A stretch of 60,057 bases of DNA, the filler included, from Sphacelaria rigidula (taxonomy: Eukaryota): assembly GCA_964200075.2 (NCBI GenBank). It is 10 parts of 10 records of this genome, joined end to end, with 100 filler letters (N's around TTAATTAATTAA, not from the genome) between each part and the next. Parts side by side here need not be neighbours in the genome. Positions count along the whole stretch, not along the records: positions 24,065 to 29,980 come from CAXNAA020023512.1; positions 30,081 to 35,996 come from CAXNAA020023513.1; positions 36,097 to 42,012 come from CAXNAA020023514.1; 7 more parts are not named here. One strand, written 5' to 3'. Both the position numbers and the translations under genes were made by a program. Positions 24,246 to 36,831 of this stretch are shown here, one piece after another (the first letter of the stretch is position 1; every line of letters begins with the position of its first letter). Below the pieces are notes generated by a model that had not been told where the DNA came from, did no database searches, and saw only the letters and a list, made by a program, of their open reading frames with translations.

Positions 24246-26843
24246 CAACACACTTCTACCAGTTTTTTGCGTACAATTACCCCCCCTGAAATTGGTCGGT
24301 GGTGTTTTGTTTTCATCAGGGATTATTGGACGAAGTAACGTGACGGTACGACCGGCTGTGGTTTTTACTCCAGTTTGTTTTCGGGCCAGTCTTGTTTTAG
24401 TCCGAACGGGCAAATACTGTGAGGAGTGGGCTGCGTTGGTCCTCTATGTTCTGTGTATTTGTCGTGGTTCAGAAATGTGCTGAGCGATCCGCCTCGGAAC
24501 TACGTAGTAGGACCGAAGGTTGTGTATCGTTCACTACATCTCTTTTGACGTGTACAGACACCTGACCTCACAAACCGGTCGGTTGTTTTCGTATCGTCGT
24601 GTGAGAAAAAAAAAAAGAAGCTGTACGACTGTATCATCAACCAGACATCCCATGCAAGTTGTTGCTCCCAAACAAAATGTACCGACAGTTAACTCACGTC
24701 AAACGGGTTGATTTGTCCGTATCATGCTATTTGGGTTTCTTTACCAACGTATGTTTTCACGGGAAACTACCATTTCCGCGAAGAAATCGGCTGTACGTCG
24801 CTGGCTTTTGCTGATTGACTGGGACGAGTGATTTGCATGAACTTGGTTATCGAAGTGATATAATGCCTTGGTGGGCTTGCTTGTTTTTCTACCAATGACC
24901 TTGAACACATCGGACACCCGGAAAAGAGCGAACTATTTATTCATGATATAGTTATGGCAGGGTAGGATAATCGTTTCAATGATTGGTCTCTGATTTCCTG
25001 TGTCTATCCCGGAAATGCTCACGACATTCTGGAGACACTGCATTTTGTGGTATATGTTTTGATTGTTGATTTTGGGTCTCAATTTGTTTTCATTATTTTT
25101 TTAATTTCCCGTGACCCCGTTTGAAGAACTCTCGGAAAATGAGGACACCGACTCATTGTATTGGTCCGACTTTTTTTCTCTCTTTGCTCCGTGCTTGTGT
25201 TTGTATTTTCTTGTTTTTTTTTGTGCTGATCGCCCCGTCCGTTCCCCGTACCAAAGAGGACTCGATCTTCAAATGGAGTCTCAGTTTTCTGTGGTGTGGG
25301 AGAGGTGTGGCTCGATACACGTTTGTCCCTTCTGAAAAGTGACCGCACTTGAACGATCCAGGGTGGGCTAATGTGATGGGAAATGACTGAGGGTCTGAAT
25401 TAAACTTGTACAGGAATACTGCGATTGATCTACAAACGATCGGCGGGTACGAAAAGATTCTAGTCGAATGTGTGTTTTTAAAGTAGATATGTAAGTAAGT
25501 GGTGTATTTTTGGATCTGCGTTATGAAGAATCTCGAGACTGGTCTACGCATCCCGGCCCTTCAACTACGCACCTTACTACAGGCGCTTTGATTGGCCACG
25601 CACGGCACGTCAGGCTGATTTTGTTGTTGGATTGCTTGTATCCGATTGACTGTATGGAGCACGCGCCCACCCAAGGCACGCGCCTCCATGAGGGTATTAT
25701 GATTGTAAGCGAGGCAAGAAGTGTTGGGAAAACAGCGAAACAGAGCTGCTCCCCACCTTCGACCACTCGCGATTCACCTGTCAGAGAAAGACCTACCGTA
25801 GAACTAATCACAAGAAAGACCATCAGCTTTTCATCTGCTCTGCGCGACGTCTCCCCTTTTGCCGGCAAGCCGTGACGAGCTATAACACGAGTAAGTTGCG
25901 AGTAACATAACCCCTTGATGTCTAGTGGTGTTTCCTTTTCAGAAAGAGCTCAGTGCTCACTTTCAATATAGCTGTCAGCTGTTTACGAGTACCTTGTGCG
26001 AGAGAAACCTACAGTTTGAGTTAACGAGCCGAAAACAGGACCAGTGGGTCACATACTCACCCGTCTTGGGTTTTGGCCTGCTCTGCTAACGAATACGTCG
26101 ACAGTTTGGCAACGCCAAACTCGACGAACACGTTCGCAGAGCTTTAAGCTTTCTGTTTGTTCAGAGCTACGCAACCAAGTGGGTTTAGTTCGACATAATT
26201 GTCGCAAACATTTGGTGTTCGACGGATGTAACCGAGTTGCAATGAATCACGTTTGCTGCCCCCCCCCCCCCTCCCCCTCCCCCCCCCCCACAAAATTCTC
26301 GCCAAAATCGACAATGACTACGAAAACGGCAGACGTGGCTCGCAGACAGCAGCGAGCACGAACCAGAGCATGCCAAGCAGCGAAAATTTCGCCTAATCTT
26401 TCTCGGCGATGGCCTTCCACGCCCTGGTCCCTTGCGGAGTAACACCTACGGCGAAGATATCGACGAGTGGCGGGTGTAAGGGGCGGGGGGGGGGGAGGGG
26501 GGGGGGGCACAGAATAAACAACGTTTTCATGATATTGATAGTAGAATGCTCATTGAGAGCGGCTTTGGCCATTCGCTTTAACTAAGCCAATTTTTCATTT
26601 TGTGTGTGCTTTTCTTTGTCTCTATCACTAGCGTGTGCTTACAGGTACACGTCGATATCTTTCTCAGGGATATCAAGGGCCTCAGTGGCGAGCTACTCAA
26701 TAGAGCATATCGGGCCTCACGGGGGTGCATTTCGGAATTGAAACTCTTCAGTCGCTAATTGGCTCTTGACAGACAGTATTGCACCTGTCTCATCTGTGTT
26801 CCATCTGTGGTCGGTTGCCCGCTTTTGCTTGTGCACGAAGTCC

Positions 26844-27311
26844 TCACAGGCCGCATAAAACTCCGGCATGGGATCTTCTTCGTCGGCCGCACCACCCTGT
26901 CCGCGGGTGCCTCCGAAGGAACAAGCCGAGCCATTTTCGACCTAAGCCTCCTGTCGGGTCCCATGGTATCGGTTGGTTGTCGCTCCAGAGTGCCATAGCC
27001 GCCTGTTTCAGGTCATCTCTATTCAGGCCCGTTGACGAGCTGCGGCAAATTTTCAGCATATCTTCGAAGGAATTTTCTTCCCACCTCGACAGTACAGTAC
27101 CCGGACCAACCCTGCCACCTATGCCCACGCCACCACTGACACGCTTCTGCAGCGAACCAACGAAGCTTTCAAAAGTCTTTGCAGTAGCATGGAAGGTCAT
27201 GCGACCGCTGCGTACCACTTCTACGGCCTCTGTTGCACGTTCTGGGCCCACCTTTACTCTCTGCATGCTTAGCAACCGATCGACCAAAAAGCCGATTTTG
27301 AAAAAAGACAC
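26844..27311 (-). mobile_element. pogo/Tigger/Fot1-like (Tc1-mariner) transposase N-terminal relic: HTH_psq plus CENP-B-type HTH
   Basis: The frame reads AVEVVRSGRMTFHATAKTF....GSLQKRV...GPGTVLSRWEE...GLNRDDLKQAA...GRKWLGLFLRRHP. No DDE domain is visible. A possible TA|CAGT terminus lies at 27487. Confidence 0.75.
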
Positions 27312-28117
27312 ACACGCCCTTATTCACAGTGCTGTGGGATGGTGGTTTTTTATACAAAAGGCACGTGCAGTAGCTCTAAACAAGCCTTGTGCTCGTGTGC
27401 ACACGCAGAAAAAAACACAATGGAAAACAATCAATGTTTGACGGAGTTATGGACTATCAAAAACAATGAGTACCTTAATTGGTACTGTACCGAAATTGGT
27501 ACGTTTACTCTATCCACCGCCAACGGTGAAAACAAGAATCCACCCCCACCTGTTATTATGAACGATCCAGCGTCGTTTTTTTAATTCGGGAGCCCACGTT
27601 TTTTCAATCTGCGACGGTTATATACAAGCACTTCGAGAACCAAGTTTTTGAAGTTGAGAGCGCCCCTTGTACAAACCCGCCTGCGCATAGACGAGCACGT
27701 GTGATGCTCAGTGGGCAGGTGAACTGCACGCACATAGTTGGCATGAACACAGCTACACACACGGAGAACATCCTCAGCGGGCAGGGTATACTTGTAACCT
27801 TAACCTTGTTTGGTTTTGAAAAACGTCGACCCTGAGGTGTTTCGAACTACGATGCGGTCCTCTGAGCACGCCGCCCTCTCACGCATCACACTTGCAACCT
27901 TGCACTACTGTTCTAGTAACGTTGGTGTGTGGCAGCCACGACTGCTGCATTTCGTGTTCTTGTCTTGGCTCAGGCGTGTTGAGCGTTTTCAATTTTTGTA
28001 CGAGCACTGGCCATCATGGGGTCGGCAACTCCATCATTTTCTAGTTGACTGCCTGTACATACTGCAGAGGGTATGTGAAGTATTCAATTTGAACCAACTC
28101 GTATCCTTTGCCAAGTA

Positions 28118-28817
28118 ACACGGGATCTTACAAATTGGGGATGGATCTTTTATTGGGGATGAAAAACCCGGAGAATTAAAATCTTCGTATCCACAACAAA
28201 TCTTCGAAATATGGTTCCATTTCTTCACCCAGTGATAGCTATTGACAACTGCCACAGACACTTTCTACGATAGCCTCCCCCCCCCAAAAAAACAACCAGT
28301 CCAAAAGTGTCACAAAAAAATGCCATACAGCGCCTGATGTTTGGGTTCAGGCTGCATGACGCGCCTCATACTGGCGAATTTGGCTGGAACGAACCCAAGC
28401 ATGGGAATTCTCAGCTGCTCCTTGTGTTCGGCTTTTCCCATTTCGATTTACGTCAATATTTTCCCTCCCAAAACCATGCTCTTTTCGGGGGGGGGCTATC
28501 GTAGAAAGTGTCTACACGCCATAAAAATTTGGATTTCGACCACCGAGATTTTGGGGTCCTAAGTGAAAGACCAATTTGGGGGAATTTCCGGTGTCCCAAT
28601 GGACGCCAAAATGGTTCCAATTTTTTGTTTACCTAGGACCCCAACAATCCGGTGGTCGAAATCAAAATTTGTATCGCGTGAAGCAGTTATCAATACCTAT
28701 CAGTAGGGGAAGAAATGGAACCATATTTCGAAGGTTTGGTGTGGATAAGAAGATTTCAATTCTTCGGCTTTCTCATCCCCAATAAAAGATCCATTCCCCA
28801 TTCGCAAGATCCCGTGT
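28118..28817. mobile_element. Foldback MITE (TIR ACACGGGAT...ATCCCGTGT) containing a nested MITE
   Basis: It has long inverted arms and belongs to the same family as the uninterrupted copy at 30955-31384. Confidence 0.85.
28257..28512. mobile_element. ~255-bp MITE, TIR GACACTTTCTACGATAGCC, 4-bp TSD
   Basis: The terminal TIR is perfect and the flanks are CACA/TACA. Homologous copies are at 34239-34491, 54340-54569 and 41932-41960. Confidence 0.85.
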
Positions 28818-29109
28818 TGAGTGCTATATTTCGCTTGCAATCAATCCCTCATTATGATTGTTTTCTCTGCGGTCTGCCATGTGCTGAGCTGGTCTAACCC
28901 TACCGGCTCTACAAAGAAAAGACAGCTTCGCGATTCATGAACGAGTGTCCTTTATCCCCGAGTGGCGGAGGGCGACTTCGTGAATTACATGGTGCTGATT
29001 TGTGGAAACCGTTCCAGCGCAGAAGTCGCCTGGCGTGATCTGTCGTTGGACTGCGGACTTTCTCTTTCATCTGACAAATATCCCTTTGTGAACGCCACTG
29101 AAAATGATA

Positions 29110-29308
29110 CCAGCAGCGAAGCAGATTTGGACCACGAGCAGTTTTGCACCGCCTCTACTGTCCATGAGCGCGTATGCAATTCGGTCGCCCACCCCAACAC
29201 GCAGCTCAGTCGGTGGACCCTGACAAAAAATTAGAAAAGGATCCCAGCAGCGAAGCAGATTTGAACCACGAGCAGTTTCGCACCGCCTTTCTGTCCATGA
29301 GCGCGTAT
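29110..29308. repeat. Direct duplication (~65-bp core, ~133-bp period)
   Basis: CCAGCAGCGAAGCAGATTTG.ACCACGAGCAGTTT.GCACCGCCT...CTGTCCATGAGCGCGTAT occurs twice. Confidence 0.8.
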
Positions 29309-30439
29309 AACAGCAAATTATGCGAACTGAGGGTCGACTCTGAATTTAGGCTCAAGTAGGCGACCCGACTTGCGAACTGTTTCTAGCAGAAGTACCGAGG
29401 ACAAGCTTTTATTCGAAAGAAGTAACCTGTGGAGGTTAACCCGTAACGCGTCATGTTCAGTATGTCGAAGAATCGAGAGAAGCTAGTCGGGTGAGCACTC
29501 TTCTTCCTCCACACCACAGGGGAAAAGGTGGAAGCGCACGGATTCCATGTCTTGCGCCAAGCCCCCACCCCCCCTCAGGCTGCGCCAGCGCGAGGAATAA
29601 CATCCCGATCATGCCCGACAGGGTGCAGGGGATGGGGGTGCTCGTCAGGCATGACTAAGACGGGCACCGTTCGTGTCTTGGTATCGATCAGCTGCGGGTT
29701 TGTGATTTCCCCCTCAGTCAAGAAGTCGGTTTCAACGCAACATGGATAGCCCATTGCCCACAAGATCCGTCACGGAAACGACTCGGATACTCCCCTTTGA
29801 ACCCTTCCCTCTGGCGAGAAGAATGATGCTTGTCTTTCATCGAATTCGAGAACGCGAGCAGGTGTTCCACGCACGGTGCTACCATCGGTTGCGATCGACA
29901 AGCGTTGACGTCGTCTACTCTCATCAACGGGTACCCCCGGAACAAAACCACGCACAACGCGACAGGACCATGAACCCCCCNNNNNNNNNNNNNNNNNNNN
30001 NNNNNNNNNNNNNNNNNNNNNNNNTTAATTAATTAANNNNNNNNNNNNNNNNNNNNNNNNNNNNNNNNNNNNNNNNNNNNTTAGAAGCTAAGACTCCAGC
30101 CGGTAGGGGGGGAAAAGGGCCACTCCTACAGAACCTCCCAAGAGGTTCAGAAAGGGGGGGGGGGGTGATGGGGGAACCACTACATAAAACGGACGAGTTC
30201 ACACAAGCGCGTCAAGGAATCATCTTTTCACACCATGTCGTGTTGATTTCAGGCTCCAACGAAAGAGCTGGTGCCCAGAAAGCAGCAACTTTGCCCGCCC
30301 GGTTGACCTGCACCCTACATCCCGGGCAGTAAGTGGTCCAGCTTTCATTCTCTCTGTGCACAAGGACCCGCACTGCTGGAGAATATCTCAATCCCCGGGA
30401 CACGTCGACGAGACATGTACATAGGTGCGCTCGTCCGAC

Positions 30440-30790
30440 AGAACAGAACACCGATCACTTCTTCAATTTAGAACAGTTTCGACAGCATTTTCATGCAGTG
30501 CATCGGGCGTAGATCATTTGCCAAAGCCTTGGCAGATACTGCGTTCGCTCCAGAACAATTGCCAAAACGCTGTCAGACAACGTACGTTGGTCAAGAACAT
30601 CTCCCCAAATCGTTATCGTATGTACGTTCCTTCAGAACAAACCACCCCAAACACGTTGTCGAATATTTGTCCATTTCAGGGCAACTTGCGCACACGTTGA
30701 AGAACATGGACGTTCTGCCTTATAGAGCAGTTCTAGAGCAAGCGCCCAGACTGTTTCTCAACACAACTCTGTAAAGATCGACATGTTCAA
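30440..30790. repeat. Degenerate ~40-bp minisatellite (AGAACA..T.CC.AAA.CG.TGTC); related array at ~32480-32805
   Basis: AGAACA and CGTTGTC-like motifs recur at roughly 40-bp spacing in both blocks. Confidence 0.5.
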
Positions 30791-30954
30791 TATTGTCGGG
30801 GGTGGTCATTTGGTCGTCATCACCAACACCATCATCCCACATCCATCGCGATGGCTGATGAGCTAGCTCCCAGGTGCACAGGCAAGCGGGACTGCTGCTG
30901 GCGTCATACCGTATGGGTATGGTAGCAATGAGACTGTGACTCAGCACTCCTATA

Positions 30955-31384
30955 ACACGGGATTTTACAAATTGGGGATGGGTTTTTTTATCGGGGATGA
31001 GAACCCGGAGAATTAAAATCGTCATACCCACACCAAATCTTCGAAATATGGTTTCATTTGTTCACGTGCTGGTAGCTATTGACGACTATTACATGCCATA
31101 ATAATTTAGATTTGGATGACCGGAATGTTGGGGTTCTAGGTGAAAAACCATTTTGGGGGAATTTCCGTGATCCGATCGGACCCCAAAATTGTTTTTTCAC
31201 CTAGGACCCCAATATTTCGGTTATCGAACTCCAACTCTGAATCGCGTGTAGTAATTGCCAATAGCTACCAGCAATTGAAGAAATGGAGCCATATTTCGAA
31301 GATTTTGTATGGATTCAAAGATTTTGATTCTCCGGGTTCTCATCCCCAACAAAAACTCCATCCTCAATTTGTAAAATCCCGTGT
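30955..31384. mobile_element. Foldback MITE, uninterrupted copy of the 28118-28817 family
   Basis: It runs ACACGGGATTTTACAAATTG ... CAATTTGTAAAATCCCGTGT, and the arms pair throughout. Confidence 0.85.
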
Positions 31385-33037
31385 TCTATGAACTTGATAC
31401 GAAAGTGGTGGTGAACGTGTCGTTGTGCCGTTGGTTCTCACTGCGTAGGCAGGGGGCGAGGTGGCGCGTGAGAGCGTAGAGCAATGGCTGAGGGCGCATG
31501 CAGGAGAATCTCCTCTGGTGATCTTTCTTGTCCCTGTTCTGTGTTCTTTTGGTGCGTTCCTCCTTGTCCCAGCGACAAACGAGGCCCGAGTTAAAAAAAA
31601 AGTATGTGCCAAAAATATCTCTGCATCTACGTATACAAACATGTATGTTCACCTATACCCACCATACGCTCGCTATTCATATATGAGGGCAATTCATGGG
31701 GGAAAAAACAAGACAATACGAATAGATGAACCGAAACAGGCAAGTTGGTATATATATACTTCAAGTATATATATATATACGTCTATTTCTCAAGGTGCTG
31801 TTTTTCTTTGTTTTATATTTACCCACAGTAACCCTACCGTGGGGAGCTGCAGCGTATCTTTCACCAAATCGTTCAACTAATGAACAACGCTCGACAGTAA
31901 AGAGAAGGTATTCGTTGCGAAAAAGTTCTCGGTGAAGGTATATTGGTGTATGCTTCTTGACTCCAAGCATGAAACCGAGCCTCTGCCGCGGTAGCAAATA
32001 TGCCCACATGTGTGCGTATATATATATATATATATATTGAGATTCTGCGGGCAGATACCCAGCTATCTATGCATGTGCGTGCACGTAAGACATTCAACAC
32101 AAATATTAATAATCGTTTTTGTAATTTGAAAGTTTTTCATCAGACTGAACGACTGGGTGGAGGTCTTCATCAGGTGAAGTATTTGGTGAAGGTATGCTGG
32201 AGTCCCCCCCGCTGAGCATTCATCACAATGAAACGATCTTAAGGGGTACGCATCCTCAGATTCGGCAGAATTACGTTGTTTCGTGCACAAAACTGACTAT
32301 CCGGAAGGTATATATGTACGTATATCTGTGTGTGCATGTGTACATGAGGGCGTGCGGCATAGATGTAGATCTTTGTGTGTAATGCACATTCTCAGATTCA
32401 GCATGAGTACGTTTGCTTCGGGTACGCTTTTCTCATGCAGGCATGGACACGTGGCAGCGCTATTCTATTCCCAGTTACCTAACAGAACATAGGACGGAGA
32501 AAAGAGCTTCCCGCACGTTGTCGAACCTATGTCTACGCAGAACAACTTCTCACAAATGTTGTCAAATATATATTCATTTACAAAAACAAAAAATAGAACA
32601 ATGTGGGCGACATTGCGTTCAGTTCAGAACATTTTTTTTAACGCTGCCAGCGATAGTGCGTTTACTTGCAGAACATTCTTTTAAAATGCTATCAGGTGAT
32701 GCATTCGAAATCACACGTTGTTTTCCAATGCCCTCGCCAGATATTGCGCCAGGCATAGAACAACTAACGGCCCACAGGTTGTCAGATAATCGATTCGTGT
32801 AGAACGAGGGGTGTAAAAAAAGAAACTGAAACAGCGGAATTTACTCTGTTCTGTCGGACGTGTACAACGATAACACGCAACGTTCGGCGGCGTAGTCGCC
32901 ATCGTCATCTACGAGAAATCCGAAAGTCGATTTTGCCATCACCCCGAGGGATACTTGGCGTAGCACCCACCTACGGTACTTGATCTGACTCGGTTGCCAA
33001 GTTGGGGTGGGGAGATCAATCACACATTGATCTGATG

Positions 33038-33340
33038 GAGTGAGTGAGTGAGTGAATGAGTGGGTAATGATTGATCGTCGCACGGTAAATGATCCCCCCG
33101 GATTCCAACCGTGGTCACATTAGTCACAGGATAGAAGTACCCGAGGTAAACAGAACGGAAACAGAAAACATACTCGCTAAAGGCAAGTGAAAAGACGAAA
33201 GAGAAGTAGAACAGACAAACAGAGTAGACTGGGGAAAAAACATAAGACGAAAAAAAAACACATACACACTCACTATAAATGGCCGGCCTTTGCAACGTGG
33301 CTTCAGATGGGAAAGTTCTAGCGCAAAACCCATATGCAGT
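33038..33340 (-). mobile_element. 5'-truncated LINE 3' UTR with a (TCAC)n tail
   Basis: On the minus strand a pyrimidine-rich UTR ends ...CCGTGCGACGATCAATCA, then (CACT)n repeats (GAGTGAGTGAGT on plus). Confidence 0.55.
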
Positions 33341-33627
33341 CACTCACTCATACCCGATCGAAAACACGGAAAACGGTAGTGTGGGGTGGGTCGGTCACAA
33401 GCGGCACTTGCCTGCTCTTTGTTAGGACTGCAGGTGGCCGTAAGCAGCAGGTGGTAAAAGTCCAGGGTCGTGTTGCTTCGGTTGCTTGGCTCGCAGAATG
33501 GGTAGGATCGATCGGCGTGGGTCGTGACTGTCCGGTTGGCGCTGCACAAGTTTGGCGTCACGATTTCCTCGGAAGGAGTGAAAGCTGGAAAATAACACAT
33601 CGAGACAAAAAATGCGGACCAACGGAA

Positions 33628-33725
33628 AAACAAACAAACAAACAAACAAACAAACAAACAAACAAACAAACAAACAAACAAACAAACAAACAAACAAACA
33701 AACAAACAAACAAACAAACAAACAA
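33628..33725. repeat. (AAAC)n microsatellite
   Basis: About 24 perfect units, read directly. Confidence 0.97.
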
Positions 33726-34238
33726 GGAAGCGAATAGATATCAAGAACACGTTTGGTATACATGTGAGCGAATGGCGTAGAAACATGGTACCGTGACTCT
33801 GGAGGCGGGTGTGTGAAGGGGGAGGGGCAGGAGGGGGCTAAAAGTGGACGAGTCATGGGTTGACGGTCACCAACACATATACATTGCGTGTCACGCAGTA
33901 TATCCTCAGAAAGCAGAGTGCGTGTTTTTTTTTTTAATTCGTCACACTTTCAGCTCCCTTCCCTTCCTCGGGACGATTCCGCGGTCGTGAGGGATCAATT
34001 AACGCATCTCTCAGGTGTACACAGCAAGACGCACAAAAAGGCGACAGAGGAAGGAAAAAAGTAACGTCGTGAAGAACCATATCTACCGTGACAAAAACAG
34101 ATACAGGCTCAATTCAAGAGCGGTCTGAAGTTGGGAGTGGACACAAGCACGATCACATGCATGGAAGCACTGTTGCATGAGACAGCCAAGGGCGTGGACC
34201 TCTCAAACGCGCAAAACATGAGCAATCTGTTCGCAACA

Positions 34239-34491
34239 GACACTTTCTACGATAGCCCCCCCCAAAAAACAAACAGCCCAAAACTGTCACGGAGAAAATG
34301 GTCATGCAGCGCCTGATGTTTGGTTTCAGGCTGCAGGAAGCGCCTCATTTGGGCGACGTAGGCGAAAACGAACCCAAGCGTTCGAATTCCCAGCTGCTCG
34401 TTGTGCCCGGCTTTTTTCATTTCGATTCATGTATAGATCTTGCCTCCTCAAATCAGCCACTTTTTGTGAGGGGGTTGTCGTAGAAAATGCC
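34239..34491. mobile_element. MITE of the GACACTTTCTACGATAGCC family with a perfect AACA 4-bp TSD
   Basis: It reads AACA|GACACTTTCTACGATAGCCCC...GGGGTTGTCGTAGAAAATGCC|AACA, and the body is homologous to 28257-28512. Confidence 0.85.
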
Positions 34492-36831
34492 AACACTGCT
34501 GCATGGACGTCGGGGGTTACAATCGAGCGCCCACAATGTTGTACTCTTCCAGCATTGATTTGAACGGACTACATGCTACCTACCCCCCAAGGTTAAAAAA
34601 AGGAGAAGAAAAAATCAAGTTTTGCACAAGAACTCAAAAGATGTGCCCAAAACATCATTAACACAGGCATGGGCATCAGATCACTACATCGTAGCGGCTC
34701 GCGATCAAGTAAAATGACCTATGAAATATGTGAGAGCACGCCCAGATTAGCATTTCAATGGGCCAGGGGTATTCCGAGTAAGTCTTACAACCGGAATGTC
34801 CTGGCGCATTTTTTATTTAGCTCATAACTTTGGGAGCCTCTGGGTCTGACTGTACAACCCCCACCGCAGCATTATTCAAACCAGACACTTCTCAGGAACA
34901 AATCCTGGACCCGCACCTGCGAGAATTCGAAACCTCATTTTTCCTCCCGAAGTGGTTTCAGTTGTACCTTGTATCACTTCAAATTTATTCTCTGGGGTGC
35001 AGCGACTTATATTAGATACACAATAAGTTTTGTCTGGGTCCACGGCAGGACTTCCGAACTGTGGGTCGCTACCCTGTACACACTAGGCGAGACACATGCT
35101 CGGGAAAAGCGAACACACATTGCTTAAAAGTTAGTTTCGCGGAGGTAGTGGTAAATCAATCTCTCAGGTCCGAAACCACACGCCCTCCGTCCCTCCCTCC
35201 CTCTCTGGCGCGAGCCTGGTCCGGCGAAAACCCGGCGTGCTCCATCCCAGCTTTGTAGGGATGCGAGATCAATGGTCTTATGACTACGGCATGCATGGTC
35301 AGGAGGATACCCCCCCTTTCTAGCGCACAGTCTCGCAAGGGATGCGTGGTCAATGGTCTCACGACTGAGACAAGCAACAAATGAGTACGCCCCCCCCCCT
35401 CCCTCTCTGACCCCATAGAAATAATATACACATTGACCGCAAAAATCCCACTGAAGCAGTATGAAGGGCCTCACTCTGCAAGCAGCTGGGACTAGTGCAG
35501 GAGTGCTCTCGCGTACAAAACCAATGAGTCGTCGGGTAAGCTCGTCTCTTCTCACAGCTTTTCTCTAGGGTGCGGCGCGGTCTCCAGTTAACTCCACAAC
35601 TTATCTCCCCCCCCCACCACTTTCCACTTTTTTGCCACGCTATTTCGATATTTCCGACTCGCGGTCAACTCGTACCAATCTCTGGGAAATAGTTCACAAC
35701 CATCCTCGCTTTGAGTCCCGTAATACTACGAGTAGTTCGACTCGTGAACCAACTGCAGTGTTGCAGTGTCAGCGGTATGAACGTGCCTGGGAGCCGAGTT
35801 ACTTGGACCTAGAGGACCCGCCCCCCGAAAGAGAATTTTGTGTAATGTGCAGAAGAAACGTAGTGAGCGCCCAAATGCTGGAGGTGTCTCTAGTAGGAGT
35901 AGGAATGGTGCACGGTCTGGGGATGCATGGTTGATGGTCACATGGCTAAGGCAAGGAAAAAATGAGTCCCCCCACCCCCCCCCTGTCCACGCCCCCNNNN
36001 NNNNNNNNNNNNNNNNNNNNNNNNNNNNNNNNNNNNNNNNTTAATTAATTAANNNNNNNNNNNNNNNNNNNNNNNNNNNNNNNNNNNNNNNNNNNNGTCC
36101 GATCTCGCGAACCCGTGGTCACAGACGTGGGCTCGCCTTTCCAATACCGTTTCCTGCTATTCCTTACAAGATACATTGCTAAAATAGAGTCCTAAAACCC
36201 TCCGAAGGTACGAATCCCATAATAATATAAACTACTACAAAGTGTGGACGGGTGATGGGACTAAAGGTGATTTCCACCACTTTGACGTACCGTAGCAGCG
36301 GTGGCAAACGGTATTGTCGTCGCGTGCTTGGTTTACACTCGAGAGAGGGGTGCCCGCTATCGGCTTTGGCACGGTGAATCGGGGTGACGGCGGCAATTAA
36401 CCGCCATGCATTTTCAGAGAAGAAAAGTAGTGCGTGGTCGTACATTTGTAGTCCCACGTATTAATCATGTAGACACGGCTGATATAACCGATTGTAGATA
36501 ATTGGACACGGCCGGCAGCCAGTCAGAGCCGTTTAAATGATATATTTGTTTTTACATTCCCACCGACGGGAGAAGGGAGACAGCAGGCGCATGCGGCGCC
36601 TACGGGCAGTAACGTAAATATCATGACAAACCACAATAGCCCCACGGGTGGCAACTGGGGTGCCTTTAACATGATCAGCAGATATACGCTCGAAAGATCC
36701 AGGAAACAAGAAGGTCTGCTATGTATTATAACTTCAGTCTGCATTCATGTTCACCTGCAATCATAGGATAAAATGTTGGCTTCCGTATGTTGTGGGAATT
36801 CACGGATGCATCTAAATTTAACATTATAATA

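Noticed and set aside
30850..30900. Hammerhead ribozyme core (CTGATGA; also ~8075, ~10263, ~18771)
   Set aside because: No properly placed stem II-GAAA and closing helices could be found.
33334..33856. ORFs with repeats (TNKQ)n / (FVCL)n, and poly-Pro, poly-Trp or poly-Gly ORFs elsewhere
   Set aside because: They are translations of microsatellites and homopolymer runs.
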